DNA of 64,000 nt from Cladosporium halotolerans (lineage: Eukaryota), in NCBI RefSeq assembly GCF_011745625.1, contig NW_027191471.1, positions 186,001 through 250,000 of the forward strand, in the 5' to 3' direction. The notes beneath the pieces are model-generated. The model saw only the letters and a list, made by a program, of their open reading frames with translations. It did not search any database and was not told the origin of the DNA. Numbering within the stretch: position 1 is the stretch's first letter; the number at the start of each line of letters is the position of its first letter. Shown here piece by piece: positions 12,475 through 24,362 of the stretch. The position numbers were made by a program, and so were the translations under genes.

Positions 12475-13479
12475 TCAATGAAACTTCTTATCGCTTCCTC
12501 TAGGCGGATAATACCCAGCGCCAAACTCCAAACTCCCACCCTCAAACACCTCCTCTTCAACCAAACTCCAATCCCCCACCCACCCGCTTTCCCAAACCTT
12601 CACCCTGATCGTCGCCTGAAAGCTCTGGCCCAGCATATTCGGCAAATGGCCCTCCCTAAACGGCGCCGAAAGCGAAAAAAAGCTCCCCTCCGGCGCCCTC
12701 GCCTCGACCGTGACCTTTTGCTTGAAACTTTGCACGCTCAGGCTGAACTTCTTGCCCTCCCAGTCTGTCGTGTAGCTCAAGAACGGACTCAGGCCCGCGA
12801 CGCGCAGCGCGAAAGGAGGCCGGAAATCGACCTCGCGCGCCTTGCTGCGGAAGCCGAGCAGGAAGGCTTCCATGCCGAGGATCTGGCCGCCCGCGCAGCA
12901 GAAGGAACTGTCGCCTTTGCGCGCTTGCAGCCACATGTGCGCGGCGGGGAAGGAGGCGGCCCAGTTTTTCTCTTGGTGCACGAGTGCTTTGCTGTCTTTG
13001 TCGGCCGCGGGGAGGGAGTAGCCCGGGATGGATAGGGAGAAGTCGCATTCTGAGGCGAGGGAGTGGACGTGCCAGTGGAGGGGTAGGGGGAGGTAGACGA
13101 GCCAGCTTTCGGGCGTGTTGGTTTTGCGGGACCAGGGCGTGCGGGTGGAGGTTTGGCCTTTGAAGGTGAAGGATTCGTCGTTGATGCTGTATTCTGTGAT
13201 GGAGTTGCCGTGCCATTTTACGTAGCCGACTTTCGGGATGGCGATTTCGAAGGCGTGGTCGGGCGAGAGGACTCTCATTTCCATTTCTTCGGGGAATAGT
13301 TCTTTTTGGAAGGTCTTGGAGACATCTTGCGGGACGTAGGTGAAGGAGACCTTGTTTGGGCGGAATTTGGCATTCTTGACTTTGCAGACGATCAAGGCCA
13401 GGTGAGCTCCTGACGGTAGGTCGAATTTGCTGTAGTAGCCTTCGAAGGCGGAGCTCTTGTGAGGCGCGTTGTGTTCCAT
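12475..13479 (-). CDS. Tocopherol-cyclase-like beta-barrel protein of unknown function
   Basis: 334-aa ORF; FEGYYSKF and HQEKNWAASFPAAHMWLQ resemble the FEGWY and EKNWG..FP..W.W.Q motifs of tocopherol cyclases. Confidence 0.65.
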   Translation of the reverse strand: MEHNAPHKSSAFEGYYSKFDLPSGAHLALIVCKVKNAKFRPNKVSFTYVPQDVSKTFQKELFPEEMEMRVLSPDHAFEIAIPKVGYVKWHGNSITEYSINDESFTFKGQTSTRTPWSRKTNTPESWLVYLPLPLHWHVHSLASECDFSLSIPGYSLPAADKDSKALVHQEKNWAASFPAAHMWLQARKGDSSFCCAGGQILGMEAFLLGFRSKAREVDFRPPFALRVAGLSPFLSYTTDWEGKKFSLSVQSFKQKVTVEARAPEGSFFSLSAPFREGHLPNMLGQSFQATIRVKVWESGWVGDWSLVEEEVFEGGSLEFGAGYYPPRGSDKKFH

Positions 13480-14383
13480 GATACGTGTAGCTCGCCGGCT
13501 GGAGGACAGCCTTGGTGCTGTATGACTCCCGTACTCACCTTCAGAATCTATTCGCCACAGCTTGACGTTGTTGCTGGGTGATGCTCAATAATGCCTATGG
13601 TTTGATAAAAGAGGCGAAGCTATCAGATCCGAGTCGGTGACGGTGTCGGTTGGAACGCCGTTGAGCTCCTGCAGCGGGATGGCTGGCGCCCCACAAAATC
13701 CTCCAACTTGCATCACCTCCTCTTTTCCCAAGAGTTATGACCCCTGTCGCGCTCACCTACATCGCACTTCACATCCTGGAGCTCATGACCGTTGCCGTGT
13801 ATAGCTATGTCGCATACATGGCACTGCATGCGGCATTTGCTGGCACGGCTCCTCATGCCGGCACACATGCGCGCCACTTGCTTACCATACACAGGAGAAG
13901 CGAGAGCTCCATTTGAGGCCATCTTCACGACGTTGCTGGGCACTCAACACCGACATTTGACGTATCTAGTAAGCAAGAAGATATGGTTTGCGGTGTATGA
14001 GACCCACTGTTCCGCATGAATTCGGGTCAAAACTGAACTACGGGTGATTACCTTAACCTTATACCTTGTCAGTGTCTGACTTCCCCGGACCGCGCGACAT
14101 GTGCAAGGCCCGCGTCAAGATCACCGTGATCGACGCGCTTGCTTCGAGGCTTGTGATGCGCTACGCGTCTGCAGGGTCATGAACGGTCAGGCACCGCGGA
14201 GAAAAGGGCGGTCATGTGCGAAAGAGCGGACTGCAAGCTCGATTCCTGTTATTGCGGACACGCGGGGTCATTTGCCGTCCCCAATGTAAGTGAGTGCCCA
14301 TGTGCGCACTTTTAAAACACCGTTTTCCTAATTGCGCGTGCGTAACTCCCTGGTCACACCCACTCAACCTCCTTATCATGATT

Positions 14384-15914
14384 ATGCGTCTCCTTCTGCC
14401 GGTTGCGCCTGTCCTGGCCTTTGTCCAGTCGGTGATCGCGGCATCATCCAACACTCCCTACAAACCAGTGCCCTACACTCAAGCTCCTTCTTACTACCCC
14501 GGCGCGCCTTGGAACCTCCCTGGTTCCGAGACCAGACCTACCATATGCGAGGTCGCCGCAGCGGGGAAGGATGGAGATGATGCGCCAACGATCATTGAGG
14601 CTTTCCAGAAATGCAAGCGCAATGCCAAAGTCGTCTTTGCGGACACAACATGTAGGTTATCTCACCAGAAGCCAATCGGTGAAGCTCCTTTAGGTGTCTG
14701 CTATGCTTCATCTTGACCTGGAAGTTTGAGCGGCCGGTCGGGTGATGGATAGGTGCCTCATCATCGGATGGCATGCCACTGACACGTCACAGATCACATC
14801 AAGTCAGTGATGGAGATTACTGATCTTTCGAATGTTGAGGTTGAAATCAAAGGCACGCTCCTATGGAGCACCGACATCTCGTACTGGCTCGAGAACTCCC
14901 TCCCCATGGGCTACCAGAATCATTCCACGGCATTCATCTTCGGCGGTGACCAGGTTCACATGTACGGCAACGGAGTGGGGACCTTCAATGGCAACGGTCA
15001 GGTGTGGTACGATCGTTACGGCGACATTAGCAATTACCCACGTCGGCCGCATCAGATTACCTTCAATGGCTTGACCAATTCAGTAATTGAGGGAATCAAC
15101 TTCCTCCAACCTCAGATGTGGACGATGACACTCATCTACTCAAAGAAAGTCCTTCTGCAAGACATCTACGTCAACTCCACCAACGCCAATGGCGGACCCA
15201 ACTTGAACACGGATGGCGCTGACACAATCTACGCTTCCGACATAACTTTCACTCGATGGGTAGTAGACGCTGGAGATGACAACGTCGCCTTCAAAGCCAG
15301 TAAGTACACCGCACGAGCATTCTCCAAGCCCCTTCTCCTTGACAACTGCTTACACACCCATCACAGACAGCACCAACATCCTCGTCGAAGACTGCACCTT
15401 CTACAAAACCACCGGCGTCGCCTACGGCAGCATCGGGCAATTCGACGGCAAATTCGAAGTCCTCGAAGACATCACCGTCCGCAACATCAACGCCTACAAC
15501 AACAAGTACGGCGCGTACGTCAAGACCTGGACCGGCGTGCCGCAGGGCGTGCCGCCCAACGGCGGCGGTGGCGGCCTGGGCTACCTCCGGAACGTGACGA
15601 TGAGCAACTTCAAAGTCGAGAACGCCGAGCAGGGCTTTTACATCACGCAGTGTAATTCGTACTCGGGATTCACGGGCGAGTGCGATACGTCGGAATTTGA
15701 GATTGGAGATATCTCGATCCAGGGGATGAGTGGGACGCTCAAGACGGATGTCGTTGCGAGTATGCAGTGCTCGGGCAAGAATCCGTGTAAGGAGATCAGT
15801 CTTAGAGATGTCTCGTTCACGACTGGAAGAGGGAGAGCGAGTCGGTATCTGTGCAGTAACGTTGAGAGTCCGGACGGTTTTGGGTGCACTGGGGAGGCAC
15901 CAAAGCCTCAGTAA
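14384..15914 (+). CDS. Secreted GH28 exo-acting pectinase (exo-rhamnogalacturonase/RgxB-like); 2 introns
   Basis: Signal peptide MRLLLPVAPVLAFVQSVIA; NTDG, GDD, GSIG, YVKTW motifs; introns about 14652-14792 and 15300-15370; the GHG motif of polygalacturonases is absent. Confidence 0.85.
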
Positions 15915-16139
15915 GCCGGCGGAGCAGGTCATGCGCCTAAACGGAGGCGGAAGATGGTAATGTGGCATAAGGTACGACGTAATTCAAGCCATACCGTGAT
16001 ACACCCAGGACCCTGATTGCGTGAAGGATCGTCGGAAATATGACTTAACCCATTACGCGTTCAGTGAGTATTCAATGAGATCGCTTTGGCATGCGAATTG
16101 AGTGATTCAACCAGAAGAACAAGAAGGTATAATCTCACG

Positions 16140-19097
16140 TCACCAATGTTCAGATCTCCAATAGAAGCTTGTATCACCGTCTGTTGCAATGAGAAGGCCA
16201 TGCAAAGGCCTGCCATGTCTCGGGATGATAAGATGATTGGGCAAGATTGCGCCATTTCTGACGAGAAGCTGAACGACGTCTTTGTGGCGCGATGCAGTAG
16301 CTAGTTCCAGAGCTGGGCTATGTAATTTGCCCGAGTTTACTTCCGCGCCGTGCTCCAGCAGCATTTCTACAATACGCGTGTGCCCTTGGTCGGATGCCGC
16401 AATAAGCGCTGGATCACACACGTCGCCGGACGTCATAACGATAGCACCATGGTCCAGTAACTCTTCGACACAATCTGTGGAGCCGGCGCCGGATGCTGCT
16501 TCGAGAGCGGAACCGAGTACTTTGTGAGACGCATCGACGTCGGCGCCAGCCTCCAACAGATGTTGAACGACTGCCAGTCTATCCTTTCTGGAAGCAGCTT
16601 GTAGCGCCGTGCCGAGTTCGTCATTGGATGCGTTAATTTTCGCGCCTCGCCCCAGTAACTCTTTTACGATATTGACATGGCCGTTCGCGGCGGCAACCTG
16701 AAGCCCGGGACCGAGTTTCCCAACAGACAAATTGACATCCGCATCGTACTCCAAGAGAATTCGTACGATATCAAGATGTCCATTGCGAGCAGCTGCTGAA
16801 AGTGCGGAGCCCTGTCGATCGTTGGCAGCGTTGACTTCGGCACCATGCTCAAGCAGCTGCTTTACAATGTCAGTGTAACCCCAGAGGGCAGCAATGTACA
16901 GTGAAGAGCCCAGCCCTTCCCCTAGAATGTTGGGATCGGCGCCATGCTCAAGAAGCTTAGTAACCAGTTGTTGGTTTCCGCTTTCAGCGGCTGCCTGAAG
17001 GGCGGTGCCGTAGAATCCGCCAATTGCATTGACGGGAACCTCTCGCTTGAGCAGCATATCGACCATGTTCCCGCGACCGAAGTGAGTCGCCGCTTGTAAT
17101 GCATTGCCAAAATGCCCACCGGGAGCGTCGATAGGAGCACCAGATTCGATCAGCATCTCGAAGATCCGCTCTCTACCTATAGCCGCTGCCGCTTGGAGAG
17201 GAGTTCCAAAATACCCCTCGTCGGCGGCCAATTCAGTATCGCCATCATTGTAATCGAAAATTACACCACTGGCAAACCTGGGTAACTGCACCAGATCCCC
17301 AGCATTATTCCTCAGTTCGACCTCCAAAAGCGCTGGGGCGTCGATTATGGTGAAGATGTAAGCCTTGGACACATCGCTGGAGAATCGAAACCAATCTTCG
17401 CTCTGCCGCAGATCATTCCATTTCCTCAGATCCTGGAGAGGAAATGCCTCGAGAAAGGGGTCCTGCAAGACTCCATGCGTCTGTGCTAATTCTGAATGAT
17501 ATATCAAGCTTTCTGAGACATATCCCAGAAGTGGGAAGGAAGAGCTTGCATGCTCGCAGAAGCTTCTGGCATCTGGCGACCAGGGATGTGCCAGTAAGTG
17601 TTCTGGCGGGTCTAGAATCTTCAGTGCCTGCTCGATGTACTCATGACATTGGTGTTTGAGTAAATCATGCGCAAGGCCGATGGGGTTGCTGCATAACGCG
17701 CTATCGAGTCGGCCAATACCAGTGGACAACAAGTACTCTCTGACGGTTTCATGAATGAACTGCACCCGGTCCACGATGTCCTGATCGGCTTTAGAGAAGC
17801 TCACGAGGCCCTTGGACGCGTTCAAGATGAAAGATTCAATCTCCTGTAAATCAGGCGGCGCAGATTTCGACAAACAAATCGCTGCAGCCTTGGTGCTGTC
17901 AGCGGTGAGCACCCCGTGGTAAAGCTCCGATGGGGTCAAGGGGCGCTTTGAGAACAAAGTCCAGAGTAGAGTCGATTTGAGGTACTTCGTGTCATCCTTG
18001 CCTCTTTCTAAGATGGCATCCTCAAACAGTGCGTGCACGCCGCCTGGTATCTCATCAAGCTTGCTGAATACTGATTGGGCGTTTCCACGATCGCACTCTT
18101 TGTTCAAGATGCGCACAGCAAGAACAACCCAAAGAAAAACGCCGTGAGCCCTCTTTCCTATCTCTTTCGAGAGGTTGTCTCTAAGGGATGCCGAGACTTT
18201 CAGCGTGCTCTCAACATAGCTCACCATGTCATTGTGATGACCTTCAAGGCTGTCCAATACCAAGTGGACACATTTGGTAATGCTGATGCGAGGATAGTGC
18301 CGGCTTGAGAGACAGGTACGGAAGTGCGTACCAGCTGAGGCTGCGTTGCTTCCAAGATCCTCGAAGAACTCAATCATGTCTCTGATATCATTCTCATCGC
18401 ATTCGTCTAGCGCATCCACGTAGCAGGTAAGCCTTTCGGAGCCCAAGTGTAATACGGCATTGCGGAAGTATTCTTGGAGAAGCGCGATAGGCCATGACTG
18501 GTGCTTCTCCTTCTTACCACGGCCGCATACCTGCTCCAGTCGAGGGCATCGTTTCAAAAGCTGGTGGAGAAGAGAGCGGTACATGCCTTCCACGGAATTC
18601 TCGATTCTGGCCCCTCTCGCATTGAAGAAAAAAGAGACCACAATGTCACTCCGAATGTGTTCCTCAGCGTGCATTGCGGCGCGTTTCATCAAAGTCGACT
18701 TGCCAGCGCCTGGCTTGCCACGGATCCAAAAGAAGCCATGATGTTGCACGAGCTTGGTGTCGTCGCGCCATAGTCGGTATTCCGGTCTCTCGAAAAGCCA
18801 ACGGCACGTATTGCCATGTGCTAATTTGATCGTGTGACGCCGCGTGTCCATGCCATCGAACACCAGCGCCTCCTCCAGTGTCACTGCGCGCAGACTTCCT
18901 GGGTCACCATCATGGCTTGGGTCCTCGGGTCGTGAGAACGACTGGCTCACCGGGCCGTAGAAGATCTGGTTGCCGAAGTGTGCCTTACTGTTCTCACGCG
19001 CGCTGCAGCGACTGAAGACCTGAGGCTGACTGCTGGGGCCGGTTTCCCTCCGCGCTCTCTTGGCTGGCGGCCCCTCAAGTTCGTCTAGGGCGTCCAT
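16140..19097 (-). CDS. Fungal NLR-like protein: short N-terminal motif, NACHT NTPase, about 10 ankyrin repeats
   Basis: 985-aa intronless ORF; Walker A GKPGAGKST, Walker B CYVDALDEC, GVFLWV, FIHETVREYL; repeated G..GTALQAAA..G...IV..LL..GA.VN units. Confidence 0.92.
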   Translation of the reverse strand: MDALDELEGPPAKRARRETGPSSQPQVFSRCSARENSKAHFGNQIFYGPVSQSFSRPEDPSHDGDPGSLRAVTLEEALVFDGMDTRRHTIKLAHGNTCRWLFERPEYRLWRDDTKLVQHHGFFWIRGKPGAGKSTLMKRAAMHAEEHIRSDIVVSFFFNARGARIENSVEGMYRSLLHQLLKRCPRLEQVCGRGKKEKHQSWPIALLQEYFRNAVLHLGSERLTCYVDALDECDENDIRDMIEFFEDLGSNAASAGTHFRTCLSSRHYPRISITKCVHLVLDSLEGHHNDMVSYVESTLKVSASLRDNLSKEIGKRAHGVFLWVVLAVRILNKECDRGNAQSVFSKLDEIPGGVHALFEDAILERGKDDTKYLKSTLLWTLFSKRPLTPSELYHGVLTADSTKAAAICLSKSAPPDLQEIESFILNASKGLVSFSKADQDIVDRVQFIHETVREYLLSTGIGRLDSALCSNPIGLAHDLLKHQCHEYIEQALKILDPPEHLLAHPWSPDARSFCEHASSSFPLLGYVSESLIYHSELAQTHGVLQDPFLEAFPLQDLRKWNDLRQSEDWFRFSSDVSKAYIFTIIDAPALLEVELRNNAGDLVQLPRFASGVIFDYNDGDTELAADEGYFGTPLQAAAAIGRERIFEMLIESGAPIDAPGGHFGNALQAATHFGRGNMVDMLLKREVPVNAIGGFYGTALQAAAESGNQQLVTKLLEHGADPNILGEGLGSSLYIAALWGYTDIVKQLLEHGAEVNAANDRQGSALSAAARNGHLDIVRILLEYDADVNLSVGKLGPGLQVAAANGHVNIVKELLGRGAKINASNDELGTALQAASRKDRLAVVQHLLEAGADVDASHKVLGSALEAASGAGSTDCVEELLDHGAIVMTSGDVCDPALIAASDQGHTRIVEMLLEHGAEVNSGKLHSPALELATASRHKDVVQLLVRNGAILPNHLIIPRHGRPLHGLLIATDGDTSFYWRSEHW

Positions 19098-20488
19098 TGC
19101 GGAAGCCCATATCGGTTGATTATGAGCTTGGATGTTGTAGCGAGTGCTTCAGGAGAATTTTGACAATGTGTTAGAACAAGGCTGAAGGCTGCACTGCGCT
19201 CAGCTTCAGCTACGCGTGCTACGCAACTGACCACTGAGGAACCAGCTGCAAGCGCCTCTGCATGCGCCACCTCAAGACTGACATGAGCTATGGCGTTTCT
19301 AGACCACGAACGCTAAGCCGCTGCAAATCATCATCGCGTTCAACCAGCAGATACAGAAAGGCGATCATGTATCCAACAGCCCATGCTCACACCTGAAGCT
19401 GCTACAGCATGTCGATTGTCAGCCTGTACATTTACCTGAAGAGACTAGCGACGTGCTCTGAATTATTTCGAATATTCTCGAAGCAGTTTCAGAGCTCCAA
19501 TCGGTTGCACATGGACGTTAGGGGCCTCTCCAGAGGTGAGAAGAGGCGCGGGACGTGTTTGGGCACGTTTGAGTTGCAAAGCACGCGACCTCAACGCATA
19601 CTACTCAAGCAAAGCGACTCAGACTTGGCCACGATGCAGATGTGTCTTGTTTCTGCCGCGTCAACAAAAGGGGCCTCACCCGAGCAGCCGATGACATCCG
19701 TGTCTACACGCGCGCATAGCGCCGGGACGCAGGCAGGGTACGCGGTTTTGCCTGAAATCCAGCCCTGAAGCACCTGGACACAACAGGACTTTGGTCCGGC
19801 CCCAGCGTTGAGGTACGGCTAATCGTCTTTGGCAGGCACTATTAGTTGATCGTCGCCCGTGCATTCAATGCTCCTAGATTGACCTGCTGTAAAGCGCTCA
19901 CACACCTGATCAGGGGCTTTGGAAGCATGCAGACGCAAATAGCGTGCGAGATAGTCGGTAGCGAGCCGCTGATTGATTGCGGATGATCGATCCGGAGGGC
20001 CTTGTGCGAGGCTTGGAGGCCAGAGGCACAAGCGAATCAATCTCGCTATACCGAGGCTCAGGCAAGGTGTCCTGATCTGCGATGCTTCAACAATATATGC
20101 ACGATGGCGCCAGACCCTGACTAACCGCCCGGCGATGCTACCCTACTAGCACCACGGCGCTCACGATGCATCGCGTCCAGACTTCGCCCGCGGGAGATTA
20201 TCGTTGGTGATGCGAGTTCGCGTGGGAAGGGCGCAGCAGTGCAGAGGTGCCCAAGGCAACGGAATGTGTGTTACCACGGCCTGCGAAAAGGAAACCCGGG
20301 CCGCGGGCTCCGCTCTGTTCTGGGGAAGAAACCAAATTCCTGGGGACGTCGAATCGGCATTACGGATGTTCCTGCCGGCACCCGGGAGAGTGCTTTCCAC
20401 GCGTTTACCGATTCACTGACCGAACCTTTTTGCCTTTGTCGCGACCTCGCCCTTCTGGAACCTCTCTGTCCACTATGTCGACGATCAG

Positions 20489-22509
20489 ATGGCGGAAACG
20501 ACGGCTATGGACACGACAGCGCCGCCGCCAGAGCCCACCAGGACCCCGAGCCGCGATGGAGCAGATGCCACACCGACCGCGGGAACAAAACGCAAACGCC
20601 AGCCTCGGAATTCGGCTTGTCAGAGTTGCGCCGCATTGAAGATGAAGTGTATCGCTACGGCCATCCCAGGAGTCTGCGAGAGGTGAGTCCTGCACTGCGA
20701 TGGACTGCTCCGATGATTTTCGGACTAAGTCATGCCGATACTCGTGTTATTTTTCCGTTGCCTCGGTATTCTTCCGACGACGGTCCCATCGTTTCCCATC
20801 GCGAGTGGCACTTGCACGCCTGGAGGCTAACCGTAAGCATCAGATGTAACCGAATGAGCCGGGATTGCCTGCCGTCTATACCCAAGCCTCGGAAGCGCCA
20901 ATCGATCAACGGACTCTCAGAACCTGAGATAAGAAGTCTACCTCTGTCGCACATTTTGGGCAATGACTCACCGCCTCGTCAAATATCGGCATATCCTCCA
21001 GCGCCAGGTCCCGCAGGAGAAGTCAAAGCTTTCGATGCCTTCAATGCGACATCCACAGCAAAGCCGGACGCGACCCACAATGGCAGTTTCACTTCGCTGT
21101 TCGCCCATGGCCTGGGACTTGACGAGCAAGCCGAAAGCTCCTTCGAGCTGCTCGCTGGCGTAGACTTTGCATTGATGCACGATAGTTTCGGCGTTTTTGA
21201 GAGAATGGTGGCTCATGTTCCGTTCATCGAGCTTCCGAACACCGACGTCATGAAAATGGTCGTCAAAAGACCCGTCACCGCCTTAGCGATCTGCATCGCT
21301 GCAATGGGCGCAAATGCAGACTTGCGTTTACGTCTTGTTGAAGCTTTTCGTCGCGCCGTCTCTATCAAATGCATTGTGAATGGCGAGCGGAGCATCGATC
21401 TTATGAGCGGGCTGTTGATTCACATTACCTGGCACCATCGATATATGCATCGACAGCAGATCTACCAACTCATGCACCTTGTTGCCGGCATGGCTGCGGA
21501 CCACGGGCTATATCGACAATCTGGTCTTGAAATGTACTCGTCACAGCAGCCTGATCGTGAGACACAACTGCTATTTCTTGGCAGCCATTACATGTTTGCC
21601 AGTCTCGCGGGTATTGGGTCTTGCAACCCATCGCCACTGGGCTGGAATAATCATTTATATGATGTCGCGAAGCGCTTCTCGTTCAACGGTCCATTTCCGA
21701 ACAACAGTAACAACACCCCTTTTGTCGAGCTAGGCCGTCTACTCGGAGATATCGATTCATCAACTCGAGACTCCAGCGAATCGTTCGCTGCTCCTTCTCA
21801 TAATCGCACTTGGGCGACCTGGCACAATTCGAAAGCTGACCTTCAGCGACTAGAAGGTCTTACACAGAAGTACCCCGTGATCGCCACTCACCCGCACGTC
21901 CAAGCCACAAGAATCGCCATTTACACCATCATGCTGCAAAACGCAAAAGAGCCACAGACGAGCGCCTTGACAGACATCGCCCTCGCCATCAAAGACTATT
22001 TCGACACGACCCTCAACGAAAGCGTCATCACAATCAACCACATGTCCATCATCGATTGGATACATCTTCTATCTGTTTTAGCAGCCTTGATCCTGATCCT
22101 CCATCCGCAGTTCGAAACATGGGAAGCTGTACCTGGCGCACTTCGGAACTTGTTGGAACCCGAACACATCCTCGACGCTATCGTCGCGCGAATGAACGCA
22201 GTGTCTCCAGCGCAGCAACACCCGGAGCTCATGAACTGGTTCGCAGGGCTAGCGTCCAAGATAAAGGGGAAGTGGCAGCATGATAGATACTCTGTCTCGC
22301 GAGGGCGGACAGGGTCAGGCGACGTGAGCGAATCGGAGGCGCGGTTCAGGCCTGTGAATGCTCGCGCCAGCTTTTCGGGCGATAGAGTGAGGACGGCGGA
22401 TTCGCAGGGTCCTGGTGGTGGGTTTGGTGCTTGTGATGTTGATGTTGGCCATGTGTGCAAGATAGACTTGCTGGAGGATTCGTTCTGGGATAGACTTTTG
22501 CGATCTTGA
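20489..22509 (+). CDS. Zn(II)2Cys6 transcription factor; 1 intron within the zinc cluster
   Basis: Splicing about 20683-20843 reconstitutes CQSCAALKMKCIATAIPGVCERCNRMSRDC; fungal TF middle region follows. Confidence 0.88.
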
Positions 22510-23085
22510 ATATGTTTCACAGTACATCGGACATCATGCACGTCTATTTGACTCTGCTTTGAAAGGCTGCGTTGGCAGCAGAGGGGATAGGGTTGTTCAC
22601 GTCTAGCTATCAAGAAACCGTGCCGTGCATAGGAAAATCTCGGTAACACATTCCCTTCGGCTGAGCTGAAATCATTTGTTCCGCCAGAATGGTTCATAAG
22701 GCTGAATCTCTAATGCTTTTTTGAACTCGATCAACATGATCGGCGAGGTGGCATTGAAACCAGCCTCACGGGAATACGGAGCCCCGCTTTTCTCCTCACG
22801 CATCACATCACGCCTTGTCGAGAGCACGAACCGATGCTGACCAAGCGACACAGTCTTCCAGACTGCACTACAACTTTATACAAAGGGGTGGTCTATCACT
22901 TTGAACCGGATAGGCTTCAATCAAGACTCATCCACTCGAGAAGACAGCAAACTCCGCCATAAGTCATCGTAACGCCAGCATTCGCGCATACAAGCAATCT
23001 CACATTCGCGGCTTCAAACGGATCGCTCTGATTCTTTCCTGAGTTCCATATTCGCCTCGTCTTATATTCACCAAGCTCCACTACC

Positions 23086-24291
23086 ATGTCATCATACACG
23101 ATCAATGTCCCCGACGAAAAGATCGTCGAGCTTCACAACAAGCTCGACGTAGCAACGTTCCCTGACGAGCTATCTGGCGCCGCCTGGGACTACGGTGCTC
23201 CCCTCGCCGATGTAAAGCGTCTCACCGCCTATTGGCGAGATGGCTTCAACTGGCGTGCTCAGGAAGCAAAGCTGAATCAACTGCCGCAATACCACCGCGG
23301 CATCAAAGTCGACAACTTCGAGGAGCTAGACATTCACTACATCCACCAGCCCTCCACCTCCCCCGATGCCATACCTCTCCTCTTCTGTCACGGCTGGCCC
23401 GGCAGCTACATCGAAGTAGCCAAAATGCTCCCTGCCCTACAGCAAAGCGCGAACGGCGTCTCCTTCCACGTCATCGCCCCCTCGCTCCCCAACTTCGGCT
23501 GGAGCGAAGGCCCCAAGCGCACCGGCTTCGCTCTGCGCGAGTACGCCGAGACATGCCACCGCCTCATGCTTGCCCTCGGCTACAAGCAGTACGTGACCCA
23601 AGGCGGCGACTGGGGCTTCTATATCACGCGCGCGCTGGGCCTCTTGCACCCGGAAGCCTGCCTCGCCAGCCACATCAACATGATCCGCGCGAGCGCGCCA
23701 TCCTTCACCTCCAACCCTCTCCTCGCTCTCCAGCACGCCCTGCAGCCCTACTCGGCCCGCGACAAAGCCGGCTTCGAGCGCACGAATTGGTTCGCGCAAG
23801 AAGGCACGGGCTACCGCCTGCTGCAATCGACCAAACCGCAGACAATCGGGTACGCGCTGCACGACAGCCCTGTTGCGCTCCTCGCCTGGCTCTACGAGAA
23901 GTTCCACGACTGGACAGACGACTACCCGTGGACGGACGACGAGATCCTCACTTGGGTGTCGATTTACTATTTTTCTACTGCGGGGCCGGCAGCGAGTCTG
24001 CGGATCTACTACGAGGCAGTGCACAACGCGTCCTCTGGGGTGACGCGCGACCGTTTAAGCGAGTGGATCGGTAAAGTGAAGCTGGGCTTATGCCATGCGC
24101 CGCGGGAGCTGACGGTCGTGCCGCACACGTGGGGTCGGACGTTGGGGCCTGTGGCGTTCGAGAGTCAGAAGGCGAGGGGTGGGCATTTTGCTGCGCATGA
24201 GATTCCGGGGGAAATCGTGTCGGACCTGCGGACCATGTTTGGCAAGGGTGGGGCGTGCTATCAAATTACTGGAAAGCAGGCAAAACTGTGA
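23086..24291 (+). CDS. Epoxide hydrolase (microsomal EH-type alpha/beta hydrolase)
   Basis: [20 protein letters not shown] motifs; C-terminal AKL (PTS1). Confidence 0.92.
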   Translation: MSSYTINVPDEKIVELHNKLDVATFPDELSGAAWDYGAPLADVKRLTAYWRDGFNWRAQEAKLNQLPQYHRGIKVDNFEELDIHYIHQPSTSPDAIPLLFCHGWPGSYIEVAKMLPALQQSANGVSFHVIAPSLPNFGWSEGPKRTGFALREYAETCHRLMLALGYKQYVTQGGDWGFYITRALGLLHPEACLASHINMIRASAPSFTSNPLLALQHALQPYSARDKAGFERTNWFAQEGTGYRLLQSTKPQTIGYALHDSPVALLAWLYEKFHDWTDDYPWTDDEILTWVSIYYFSTAGPAASLRIYYEAVHNASSGVTRDRLSEWIGKVKLGLCHAPRELTVVPHTWGRTLGPVAFESQKARGGHFAAHEIPGEIVSDLRTMFGKGGACYQITGKQAKL

Positions 24292-24362
24292 TGTGGCGGT
24301 GAATGCAGGTTTGATGGGTGGCGGCTGGCGTGCCAAGCTTTGCTTGTATAATGCTATTATGA

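Noticed and set aside
8189..24291. Secondary-metabolite cluster (MFS, hydrolases, TF, epoxide hydrolase)
   Set aside because: No PKS, NRPS, terpene synthase or prenyltransferase backbone gene in the window
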